Below are positions 13,362 to 24,902 of a DNA stretch of 64,000 nt, piece after piece. The notes beneath the pieces are model-generated. The model worked only from the letters and a program-made list of their open reading frames with translations. It had not been told where the DNA came from and did no database searches. Position 1 is the stretch's first letter, and every line of letters begins with the position of its first letter. A program made the translations under genes and the position numbers. Origin of the DNA: Vezdaea acicularis (taxonomy: Eukaryota); assembly GCA_026025075.1 (NCBI GenBank), contig JAPEUI010000022.1, forward strand, positions 62,001-126,000, in the 5' to 3' direction.

Positions 13362-13635
13362 GAGTGAGGAGGGGTAAGGGCGGGCTTTAGTATAAATCAC
13401 ACAGGAGTATTCACATCACAGAGTGGAACAACAGGGAAGCACACAAGTCAGCTCAACATCCCATTTTTGGTAGCTCCCGAGAGAGAAATTAAGAATTATA
13501 GACATCAACTGAACACCCCCCCGGGGCAAGCCGTTCCATCCAACCCTCCCATCTTGAAAAAGTCGTCATCTCCGTCAAAGGCAATAAGCAGCAGCGAGGC
13601 ACCCCATGCAGCAGAAAGCAGGTGGAGGTCAACGC

Positions 13636-14541
13636 TTACAGGAGCTGGGCGATGGCACCGACGGCACCGGCGACCATGGCGGCACCGCCGATGACGTTCT
13701 GGGCGGCGGCGCCGGTGAACTGGACGATCGGGGAGGAGACGGTGGCGCTCTTGACGGAGGTGAAGGCGCTGGCGGTGCCGACGCTGGTGAAGACGGGGGC
13801 CTTGGTGGTGACGGGGGCGACGGGGGTGGTGGTGATGACGGGGACGGTCACGACGGGGACGGTGGTCACGGGGGCGGGGAGCGTGGTGACAGAGACGGGG
13901 ATGGTGGTGACCGGGACAGCGGTGACGGGGCAGACGGTGGTGTAGGCGGCGATGGTCGAGGTGATGACGACGGTCGACGAGGCCGGGCAGCTGACCACGG
14001 TCGCGGCGCAGCTGGTGACGGTCAGGAGGGTGGTGGTGTAGACGACGGAGGTGGTCATCGACGAGTTGCTATAGGACGAGGCACTCGGGGCGGGGGTGGC
14101 CGACGGGAGCGGGGCCGTGTTGAAGTCAGACGGGAGGGTGACACCGTTGTTGATGGCGCACGTGGCCGGGTCCTCGCCGGCTGGGCAGCAGTAGCCTTGG
14201 ACCAAGCAGAAGGAGTCGGCCGGGCAGGGGTCTAGGGGGGAGGAATGTCAGTCATTCAGGTCATCACGTGAGGGGGTGAACGTTCGAAGTCACTTACATC
14301 CGCCCTGGTCAGCGCAGCAGGACTGGCCTGCATCGGGGTTGTAGCACTCGATGCCGGATCCGCAGGAGATATAGCCAGCACCGAAGGCGTCGGCGCAGGT
14401 AGCACCTTGGCCGGTGGTGGAGCCAGGGATGAAGGCATCGCCCTGGGCGGAGCGGCGGAGGATCTTGGAGATGGGCGCGTTAGCCATGGCGGAGCCAACG
14501 GCGAGGCCGAGAACGGCAGTGGAGACGCTGATGAAATGCAT
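13636..14541 (-). CDS. GPI-anchored cell wall protein with N-terminal Cys-rich domain and Thr/Val/Pro-rich stalk
   Basis: Signal peptide; TCADAFGAGYISC..CYNPDAGQSCC..YPCP..FC..YCCP; intron 14232-14297; TVTSCAATVVSCP repeat-like stalk; hydrophobic GPI signal FTGAAAQNVIGGAAMVAGAVGAIAQLL. Confidence 0.9.
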
Positions 14542-17500
14542 TGTGGATGGAGTAGCTGAATTGATTATAGTTTGGGGTTAAAGAGTGTGGGGTTGCTAAA
14601 GAGCAAAAGAACGATCGAGACTGTTCTGAAGACGAAAAGAGTGACTGTGGTTGAAAGCGGATGAGGAAAGAAGAGAGGAAAGAGAAAGAGCGGGTGGGAG
14701 GCGGCCGGCAGACTCTTATACGGCAGGCACAACACAAGCATCAGGAGGGAAGAAGCCAAAGCCAAGCATCCAATTTGGGACGGAAGATCCCCGCGCAGCT
14801 TTTGATACGGGCTGATTGTTCCCCCCCCCGGGGGCAAAGGCAAATTCCTCGCTCCTCGTCACTGCTCGTGTGCCCATCGTCGGCGCCGGATCTTGCCGGA
14901 CTCAGAGCGGCGGCCACCTCACTGGCTGTCGCGGTCGCGCGCATGCGAGCGGGAAATGAGCACGAGCGACGGATGGGCCGACACTCTTGGCTGGAACAGA
15001 GGAGGGGGTGCTTTTTGGCCGTCCGCGTCCGCCGACACGGCAGCGACATCGCGGAGGACGCTGGGAGGAGGATGCCCGTATCGCGCCGCGAAAGCAGACG
15101 GGGGCGAGGGGCGAGGGGCTCGAGGGACACCCCGGTCGCCGAGCCGCGCTCCTCGTCCAGTGTCGAGTGCCTGCCCTATCTGGTGCCTGCCAAGGATGTG
15201 ATGTCCGGCTCAAGGCTGCTTTTGCGGAGCGGCCAATGGGTGCGCGCGCCCCTATCGTCATGGGCGGACGGTACCTTGCGCTTGCCCCAGTTACGCTTAG
15301 ATTTAAAGTTTCCGGTCGCCGTCGTTCGTTCAGGGGTATCTCGCCAAGCCTCGGGCGCCGAGCCAATGGGCCTTGGCGCAGCGTTGATCCCCGCCCGGCC
15401 CTCGCCAGTCGTCGGCCAGCCGTTTCAAGAAGCGCTGGCCGGGGGGCGGGCACTTGCCGTCTCATTTCCTTTGGGGGCGGAGCAGCCATTGACGGCACCG
15501 GCTCTGCGTCCTGCTCTTCACCTCTCTCCTCGCGCACCGCAAGCTCCGAGGAAGGTCAATTTCGATCCCGGTCGCGAACGCTGATGAACGACAGTCTCGG
15601 CGATCTGAGAGGCTTGGCTTTTGCCGTTAATTTGACGCCCCGCGTTACCCAGAGGGACCCGACACCAGGGGAAGACGTTGCGTTCGGTGACTCTCCCTGT
15701 CGTCCACCGACACTGGTCGCGTGCCCCAACGCGGGCCCGTGATTGGTGGGCTGCGGCCATGAAGCGCGCAGTGCCTCAGCCTTGCCAAACACGGACGCCG
15801 ACCAAGCATTCGCTCCGTCAGGAGCACGGGCAGCGGTGAGAACGCTGCAAGAGCCGTGCGAGCTCTGACCCGACCAGCACTCCTGAGCTGGCGCCGACCA
15901 ATGCTTTTTCCGCGCTAGAATCAGGAGCTTGACTCAACGTCGTGACAATACTGGGACCTCCCTCTCGCCATGCACACGTACCCAGGCGAGTGGACCAGAA
16001 GAAATCCGCCGATTCATGCTTTCGCCTAGCAGGAATACGAAAGCGTGTCCCTGAGCCGTTTGAACCATGAGGAAGATTTTTCCCTTTCTTGCTTTTTAGG
16101 TGTAGCGGTACCTGAGATTTGACTCAGGTACGCGACCAGAATTTTCTTTCTGTGCGGTGCGCCTTGCGAGCATATCCGGGACGCAAGCTCCCTCCGAAGT
16201 CGCCTTGAAGAACTCCCTTTCATTTCGTAAGGCTGAGCGGACGGTTGGATGACAGAGGCTTTCAGTCATTATCTAATAACACGGAGGTCCCCATCCACGA
16301 AGGTTGCCAGGCATTGCATTCCACCAAGCTATCAAGAGCCCGCATGTTGCAGCGGGAGCTGGTCCATCGCAGCGAGAAAGCGACCTCAGGAGAAAGAGGG
16401 TGCTAAACAACGTAACGACATCTGGATAAACTGCGTGCTCCGTCTAGCCCAACCGGCAGGCCGATCAGGATGGGTTGACGATGGATCAGGAGCGATACAG
16501 CATGCGAGTCTACTTCATCACCGCTGGTCCACTGTGACGCTTTTGAGTCTCTCCGGTTAACCCTATGATCCTCTCTTCACTGACCATACCTTTGAGCAAC
16601 GCCAATGGACTCGCTTCCACCTTCGATCAAGAGCGAACATACAACACCAGAGGGCTTAGTCAAGGATCAGGTCAGAACTGGCGCATGCTGGAAGGCTTCG
16701 AGTGCGGACAGTGGCATGCGGTCTGCTTGAGCTAAGAATGCTACGTGGGTGTTCTCTCAGAGGGCTCTTTCCAGTCCTGCCAGCTCCACCTCCTTGGTTG
16801 CCATTCGACTGCCCCATCGAGCTCTACATGCCATCAGCAAGCGCGCCCTGAGTAAAGCTTAGACGTCTCGAATGATTTAGATAGCTAGAACAACAGCATG
16901 CTTCTTTGTCGAAGCAATCAGACACTATCCCTTGTTCGCTTTGGTCAAATCTGATGCGGTTTCTACGCAGCGCTATAGCTTGATGCCGCCCATCTGTAAC
17001 CCAAGCACAATCTTTTAAAGTCACAGCCGTTTGGATGATATATCGTGGCAATGCCTTGTATTAATCATTCATAGTATCAACTGTCCATCGCTCATGCTGT
17101 ACCACTTCCATATCACCCACCAAAAAAAAGGAGGGAATTTTCATCAATGGGAGCCCAAGAAGACACTTGACAACCACCATTTGCCGGCAATCATCCCCTA
17201 CAACTATGATGGAGTCAGAAGAGCGAACGGGATGTCCAGTCTTTGCTGCCTGCGGCCAAATGTCGTGGGGAGTCCCTTCAACTTGCAGTATATGCCCATT
17301 TTCTCTGAGCATCTTCACGCTCTAGATGGGGGGGCCTGTCATGGCGCTCGACCTCTCCCATGCAAACGACAGAATGCTGATTTCCACGTTCAAATTCCCA
17401 TTTCAACATTGGAGAAAGAGCTCGGAGTCGCAACAGTCTTAGGCTTTTCTTTCCCGACCACGACGTTTAGCGCTCTGCAGATCTCACCTCGAAACGGGGT

Positions 17501-17894
17501 TTTGCAACCAGGCGAAGCTGAGCCGGGTCGGGACGTCCAATTGGCTCTCTCTACCTTGAATCGTTGCCTAAATCATGAACGCGCAACCGGATTGCGAATA
17601 CTGTGGTACGTACGTGCACGCCACGGCTCAAGGCATAGTTTTCGGGGGATCCAGAAACACATCTAATCTGGCTTCTCCAAGATTGGTGTACTAGCGCTGC
17701 TCACCGAGATCTGGATGATCGCTCGTTCGGGAGCGTGCGCATTCGCCATTTGGTAACAGGGCCGTGCGAAGTTGTATGATACATTGGCATATATTCAGGC
17801 CCAGAATAACCAGCCGCCCTCTGCACGGCTGAGGGAAGTTCTCGCTCCTCTCGATACCGGGAGAGGAGATATCGATCTTGTTACGGAAGTCACG

Positions 17895-18976
17895 ATGGAT
17901 CGCAAAGGCGCGCCACCCTCAGGTCAATCCGATCAACCCGTTCAGCCAGTTCACCGCGCGACGGATTCAGTCCCTCTCACTCCCCTCCAGGTTGACTATC
18001 AAGGGAACCATCCCGTAGACAATGTTCCACCTCCACTCTACTCCAGTCCATCTGGGCAACAGTCACGGACGCCCGCCCCACCACAGGTCTTTCCAGGTCT
18101 TCCAAAGCTGAACTACGCCTGGTACTCGCCCCCGACCTTCAAGTTGAGCTCAGACGAGACGACGGTGATTTCACACAAGCCCGAGTATAGCAATTCTCCA
18201 ACCACTCTGCATTCATTCATTCAAGAGCAAGCTCAACTGCCGCCCAAGGCGCAGATACGTATAAAGGCTACGAGGGATGGGAACGTAGACTTCGACCTCA
18301 AACTGAACATGATGGCACTCCTCGTCGGTAATGACGATCAGAATCAGAGGTGGAATTACCTCAAAGTTGTCGAGGATCCCAAGCTGGCTGCGCGGAGGAA
18401 ATCGAGCGTTCCGCCTTCTTCGACCCAGAGAGGTATTGGGGATTGGGTGAAGCAGTACTGTGACGATCCCGCTGCCATCAAAGAGTGGGGGTTTACTGCT
18501 CAGGCGTATGAAAGTCGATGCTAACAGGTAGCAGGTTCACCATCGAGCGTCAAGTCCATAACTGGGATGTCGGATATATAGAAGGCCAACTACGCACTCT
18601 GATCGCTTCCATCGGCTACAAATACGCCGTCGACATCACATTCCCTTCCACGTACGGCAGAGTGACCGTCCACTCTCCAGACAAGATCAACAAAGTATTC
18701 ACGGCCGTGGAAAGCTTCTTCTCCGGCACGAAGAAGTACGAGGTGGTGAAAGTGGTGTGGCCGTATGCGTCGGCCCCGCCTGGAGACCGAGACCGACGGT
18801 TCGCCGTCCAGAGCGAGGAGAGCTGGTGGCACGACTGGAAGGATGTGATCAGATACGCGATTGTGACCAGGAGACAGGGCTGGGTCACGGTGGAGGATCG
18901 ACTGGATTCGCTGATGGCGCCGGAGCCGGACAGGAAGCTGAGGAGCCAGAAATTGTGGAGTGTAGGCATTCCATGA
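17895..18976 (+). CDS. Conserved-looking fungal hypothetical protein
   Basis: ATG at 17895 (MDRKGAPP). Intron 18485-18534 (GTGGGG..CTAAC..GCAG) joins two ORFs in frame. Globular features VDFDLKLNM, WVKQYC..KEFTIERQVHNW, VVWPYA, SEESWW. Confidence 0.82.
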
Positions 18977-19653
18977 ACAATGATGAATGCACTCCATGTC
19001 TTAGCCCCGCTTGCTGTTGAACGAGTGTCATGTTGTGTGCTAACGCGATTGTCACGCTGAAGTCAGGACAGCTCGGCCAATGCCGCAGCGAAATCTTTCA
19101 CATTTCATCGTCCCCGTGGACAGTCTGAGCGCTTTCTTCGGGAAACAGGTCATCCACCAATCAGCGGAGATTACTGAAGGCTGCACGCACGTCAAAACTA
19201 AGCCTAGGACTACCAATTGACCATTCAAGAATTGGGAGAACGAGCAAAAAACAATCAACATAGTGAACATCACGAAAGCGCCATTCCTGACAATCTGAAG
19301 GATTACCACAGCACCATGCCACCACGAAGGCCTAAGCGCCCAAAGCTACAACCAGCTCCTGTCACTCCCTCGGCGTCAGCGGCGTAAAGCACGCTTGCGC
19401 TTCCTTTCTCTCTCTCTCTTATCTCGCTCTCGCGATAAATAACCCTCCATTCGTCTATCACTTATGCCCCTGCACAAGAAAAAAATGCGGCACTTTCCCC
19501 TTGCTGTGCCGCAGGACGCGCGAATTTGTTTCTCGCAGGCTACGCGACCGTCGAAGCATGGCCTATCCTCCTTAGGCTATAAAGGAAACCCCTTCTTAAC
19601 CTCTGGCTTCGAAATGATGATGACTGTTATGTACTCATCGCCGGAAGCAAAAA

Positions 19654-20340
19654 ATGCCATCACCTACCCTCCCCCTCCTCCTCTTCTTCTTCCTCCTCTC
19701 CACCCTCTTCCGCCCCACAACCCCCTCCCCACAGCCAGACACACACGCCATATGGTGTCAACCAAACAGCAGTCCAGGCCTCTACCCACCGCCCTCCGTC
19801 CTCGCCAGCACCCTCACCAGCACCCATCCAACCCCCAATAACCTCCCAAGCACTCTCCTCCCGAACCTCCTCCCCCCCTCCGCCTACGAGACCTGGACCT
19901 CCTTCTGCGCCGCCCATCCCTACGGCGGGCTACCCACTAGCAACATGGGCGGGATCTGCGATCCTCCCCCCTTCTCCTTCTCTTTCCCGGGGAGGAGAAA
20001 GGCAGGGTTGCTCCGTTTCGATACGACGCTCGGCGACCATAGGATTCTGGCCGAACGAGCCTTTCGTGAGATTTGTTGGGAGGTGTGTTTTTGTGCGGGG
20101 GTGCCGGATGAGAGCGGGTTTGTGGGGGAGGTGCAGGTGGTGGGTCAGTCCGCGCTTTTAGGCCAGGGGGAGGGCGGCAGGAAGAGGGGGTGGGATGGTG
20201 TTGGTGTTGGTGCTGGTGGGGGGGTTTGCGCGGCTGGGAAGAGGTGGAGGGGTGGGGGGATGGAGGGGGTAAGGGAGAGGAGGGGGGAGAGAGGGTGTAT
20301 GCTTCAGGCGATAGGAAAGGGGTCGGTGGGGGGAGGATAG
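19654..20340 (+). CDS. Small secreted cysteine-containing protein (effector-like, orphan)
   Basis: AAAAATG context; hydrophobic signal LPLLLFFFLLSTLF; Cys scaffold IWC..YETWTSFC..NMGGIC..CWEVCFC; Gly-rich tail. Confidence 0.7.
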   Translation: MPSPTLPLLLFFFLLSTLFRPTTPSPQPDTHAIWCQPNSSPGLYPPPSVLASTLTSTHPTPNNLPSTLLPNLLPPSAYETWTSFCAAHPYGGLPTSNMGGICDPPPFSFSFPGRRKAGLLRFDTTLGDHRILAERAFREICWEVCFCAGVPDESGFVGEVQVVGQSALLGQGEGGRKRGWDGVGVGAGGGVCAAGKRWRGGGMEGVRERRGERGCMLQAIGKGSVGGG

Positions 20341-20533
20341 TTCGTTCTTTTGCAGTGGCCGGCCGAGAGACATAGCGCTGTGCGCTGAGTCCCGAGAAAG
20401 GGTTTAATGACTCCATATCCCGCGATGGTATCAGGCGCGAAGCAAGAAAACGCCCGGACGGAATGACACCTCTCTCTCTCTCTCCACCCCCTCCTTTCCC
20501 ATCTTCAGCGCTCCAAACCCCAAGAACATCGTA

Positions 20534-21670
20534 TCAAAGCTTATACGCTGCCACCTCGGGGCTCTCCTCACTCAGCACATCCAGAATCTCATTCCAGACT
20601 TTTTTCTGCAGGGCCCTGCCCTTCTCTCCCGTAGCGAGGCCTTCCCATCTAATCCCACCAATCGGTCTAGTCAGCCAGCCAGTCCGCACTCCACGGCGCC
20701 CTCTAAAAAAGAGGGAAAGGCGCAAAAGCAGGGAAAGGGAGAAAGTGGGAACTCACTCATTAACCCGCCCCTTCTTCCAGAACGCCCCATGCGCCTCGAC
20801 GCCTGCACTAGCCGCATCCACCAGCGTCCTACTGCCCAGCTCGGCGCTCCGCGCTACAGTCCCATATGCCAGCGCTTTCACCGTCTTCCCCACGACGCCG
20901 TCGAAGCCGCGGCCGAGCTCGGTCGCGCAGAAGCCCGGGCAGAGCGAGGTGACGATGACTTCTGGCTGAGCGGTTTCGTCGGGGGCGTTGGCGTTGGCGT
21001 TGGTGGCGGGGCCGAGCTGCGCGGCGAGGCTGTTGGCGATGTAGATGTTGAAGAGCTTTGTCAGGGCGAAACGGGGTTGGGGGCCCATTGCCTTGAAGGA
21101 TTTCTCGGTGTTGAGTTCGGCGAGGAGGTTGGGGGCGTCCGGGAAGGGGGGTTTTTTGAATTGTTTGTAGGTCTCCGAGCTGAGGGTGACGAGGTGGGGG
21201 ATGTGCTTGTCGGAGCGGGAGGCGCGGAGTTTGGGAAGGAGGAGGAGGGCGAGGAGGGCAGTTGAGAGGACGTTGACTTGAAGGTTGGACTCCCAGCCAT
21301 CCGGGGAGAGGGCGTAGGTGGTTGCGACGAGGCCGGCGTTGAGGACGAGGGCGTCGATGCGTTTGAGCTCTGCGTTGGCGCGGGCGGCGAAGGCGCGCAC
21401 GCTGGAGAACCGCGAGGCGTCGAGTTCCCAGACGCGGATGATGCCCGTGCGGTTTGTGCTGGCTTCGATGCTGCGTTGGGCGGTGGCGCCTTTGGAGAGG
21501 TCGCGCACGGCGAGGATGACGGTGCTGGCGCCTAGGCGGACGATGTGTCGGGCGGCTTCGAGGCCGAGGCCAGTGTTGGCGCCGGTGATGATTACCGTTT
21601 GAGAGGTGTAGTCGCCGGTGGGGGTGGGCTCGCCGTTGTATTTTGAGTCGAGGAGGGCGATGAGACCCAT
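20534..21670 (-). CDS. Short-chain dehydrogenase/reductase (retinol-dehydrogenase-like classical SDR)
   Basis: TGANTGLG, LAVR, LVLNAG, LQVNVLS, SLCPGFCAT. One intron starts at 20756 (acceptor about 20650 or 20667, both in frame) before the ..LQKKVWNE exon. Confidence 0.92.
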
Positions 21671-22426
21671 GTTGAGGGTTTAGTTGCCGGGGAGAATTGG
21701 CGTAGCAGTGTCGTTAAGGGGAGAAGCTTCCTGATTCTTCAAGCTCGGGGGAAGCTTCGGCAGCTTAAAGCAAGTCTAGCTTTCACAATTAGCATCAATC
21801 GAAGACCCAGCGCATACAGGACGACACTATACCAAGCAATTGAGTAGATAGCAGAGAATAACGCACACCACAAACACCTTAGAGACGAGCGTTGAGGTTA
21901 CCAAATACCACCATGGGAGCTATCCGAAGCCACGGCGTGCCTAGCGCGACTCGGCAAAGCCCCCTCGCCGAAAAGGAGGCTGATCCTTTTTAGCTTCGTG
22001 TGGCTGTGGCTTTAAACGGACGAAGCGGGACAAGAAACACTGTCTCTCACCCTCCATCCCACTACAGTACGAGAGCGCGCGGGTAGAGGAGGGATGATGT
22101 GTAGTGGTTGTTCACAAATTTTAGACTACCGTAGGACTTGGTTTCGTTTGCTCGCTGCTGTCAAAGGATGATGACTTGTGATCGACCAGCTGGAACCCTC
22201 AAGGCATTGTCACTGTTCATGTTCGAGAAACGGTGTAATATTGCCTGTGATTTACATGTATGTGAGGAATGCATATACGGGAAGCGCCGTCGGGAAGCCG
22301 CTTCAGCAAAGTACTGTACATGGATAGTTCTAGCAACGATTCCAGCCAATGATCGAACGAGTCCTGTGCTCCATACGCCACGCTATATGCACCCTCCCCC
22401 CCCCCCATTCCTTGGAGCGCCACTGC

Positions 22427-23931
22427 TTACCCATCCCTATCCAGTGTGAGCTGGGTACTGACCTCCCACCTCAGCCCGCCAACGCCATACCCCCCACCCA
22501 GCCGATTCCTGACCAAACTCGCGATGCGCTCCCTCAGCCTACCCACGCCCTCTTCTCCTCCTAAGCCCCTGACCCTAATCTTGAGATTAGCCATACAAAG
22601 CCCATAATGGACCTGCCAGAAGCGTGCCTCCTCGACCCTAGCCACATCGCCATCACGCTCAATCTCGCGCATGACGCCCTGGACATCGCGCTCGCGCGTC
22701 CCGGCGTAGCTCATGAGCAGCATGGCGCCAAGGACGCGGACCAAGCGGGCGCCGAGCACGATCATGCAGGTCGCGATGGTAGTGGAGAGCAGGCGGTCGA
22801 GCCAGACGTACATCTGGACGCTGAGGAGCGGGAGGAGGAGCAGCAGGGCCGAGCAGGAGAGGGTGAGGAAGTGGCTTGGGTTGCTGAGGACGCTGGGGAG
22901 ATTCTCTATGGCGGCGAAGCGCATCGCTTTGCCGATGCGTGCGTGATTGCCGAGGCCGATGGCGGATACAAGCGTGCTCACGATGGCGAGGAGGCTCGCT
23001 AGGTCGACGCTGCCGGGCGAGACGCGCTGGTGGTCATGCGCGCGGTGGGGGGTGTGGTTGCCCCAGCCTTCGAGGATGTGCTGAAGATTGTGCGAGATGA
23101 GGTCGAGACCCATGAAGAGCAGGAAGACGCTCATGGCGAAGCCGGCGAGGACTTCGGCGCGCTCGAGCCCGAAGGGGTGGCGGATGCTGCTGCGTTTCCA
23201 GACGTCAAAGTTGGAGAGCACGTCGACGAGGACGCAGAGGGTGGTGCCTAGGGCGTCGAAAAGGATCAGGTGGGAGAGGGCGGTGAGGGCGAGGGAGCCA
23301 GACGCAGAGTAGAGCGTGTAGGCTGCGACGAAGGCGTGGGCGAGGCACCAGACGGAGCGGTTGCGTTGGTTGGGAGTGATGCTGTGGTAGCATTCACGAA
23401 GTGTGGGGATTGGGAGAGATGCTGGGAGGGACAGAGGTGGGCGGGGAGTCGGTTCGAGGAAGATCTGGTGGGAGACGCTGCTATGTTTGTATTTGTGGCC
23501 GCGGCGTTGGCCGACGTTCTGCAGGGACAAGAGGGTTAGCACGTAATTGGAGGAGTGGCTAAGTATAGATGATGCAGGGGGAACTTAGAACTTACAGATT
23601 TTGTTATCGGCGACTTGCCGAGTGTGTAGCTTGTCGTTTGGAAGTTGAAGGGGTTAGGCGCATCGCTCGAGTTGGTGCTGGTCGTACTTTCGCCGTAGTT
23701 GGAGCTGGGCGTAGTTGATGAGAGAGGATCTGCTACTGTCGCTGACAACGAGCCATATGAAGGAGCAAGATTCTCCTCCGACATGGGGGCCAGCGAATTG
23801 GGATCGTATGTGACAGTGGAGTTCGTAGCTTGATTGACGCCGCGTAGGCCTAAACCGGCGATTTCTCGGTCCTCAGGGGGAGGAGTTGGCGTTCGGGGAG
23901 GAGCCGGAATGGGCATTGCATTAGACGCCAT
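22427..23931 (-). CDS. ZRG17: Cation diffusion facilitator zinc transporter, Zrg17-like
   Basis: Intron 23519-23595. RRGHKYKHSS, SHLILFDALG, WKRSSIRHPFGLERAEVLAGF, His-rich loop and C-terminal FWQVHYGLCMANLK. Confidence 0.85.
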
Positions 23932-24444
23932 TACTACCCAGGTGCCCGCCCTGAATAAGTGCTGGCTGCTGCGTCGCTGAATGCAGGGACGTCAAGTGGT
24001 TTTTGTTTATGGCTGACGTCGGGGACTTCGTTATGCCGGTCAACAGATTATGGCAAATTCGGCTAGACCATTCGAAGCGAGTTAACCGCGCGAGAGCCAA
24101 GACGCGCTGCTATACTCCCCACAGGTGACAAAAAATAACGGCACACTGTACAGCCCGTATTTACATGGGAAGTCAAGTATCCCACCAAACAATTTTTGTG
24201 GTCAGATACCTCGCTAAGTCTATATTGTGACGTTTTTTTTTTGGCAACCGTGTGACTCCAAGTACGCTGTCATTTTTCCAGTTTGCAGTCCGTTACATCT
24301 CATCAAGATTTCAAATCCCTTACTTGCTTCTTGAGTTACTGAGCTTATCTTTTAAAAGTGTAGAAAAAAGCTGATTTTAGGGGTGGCGCAAGGTCGGGAC
24401 TCACGGATGGCGTACACGGTAGGATCTTTGATGAAAAAGATTAC

Positions 24445-24582
24445 ACTTTGGGATATGATTATGTGAGTGTCCCTGTCCACAGGATCCTGGGTACATGATT
24501 GTATGAATGCCTTTGGTCATCGGGTCTTGGGTAAATGATTTTATCAATGCCTTTGTTCACGGGATCTTGAGTACAAGATTTT
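24445..24582. repeat. Degenerate 40-bp tandem repeat (about 3.3 copies)
   Basis: Units start at 24451, 24491, 24531 and 24571 (partial); consensus approximately GTACATGATTNTATGAATGCCTTTGTTCACAGGATCTTGG. Confidence 0.85.
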
Positions 24583-24902
24583 GGAAAGAAACTGGTTTCA
24601 TTTTGCTATCTGAAATAAGCCTGAGCCGTCTTCCTCATCGTCCGGATGAAGAGTCCTCCAGTATGCTTGATCGGGATCAGACATGAAGACTAAGGCTGGT
24701 CGTTCATATCTTCCTTAACCACTCGGCGGGCTTTCTCTAAAAGTATGGATCAAGCTTCATCGGCTGGGCGACAAGATTGCTGGTTTCCCCAGGCCCTAGC
24801 CAGCTACTGTAGAAAAAGTTCATAGGGACAATATCAGCCTTAGGACTCGCACACCACCTGATGAAGCGTCGTATACGATAGTGGTCTCATTGGAGATGGT
24901 GT

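Noticed and set aside
13606..14235. Antisense ORFs over GC3-rich genes (also 20789-21602, 32067-32849, 34942-35664)
   Set aside because: Shadow frames caused by codon bias of the real opposite-strand genes.
14661..15827. Overlapping ORFs of up to 307 aa on both strands
   Set aside because: Arg/Pro/Ala/Gly-rich translations typical of GC-rich non-coding DNA; no domain or splice structure.
17031..17666. 211-aa ORF
   Set aside because: Non-ATG start and no recognisable motif; could be a decayed gene but cannot be supported.
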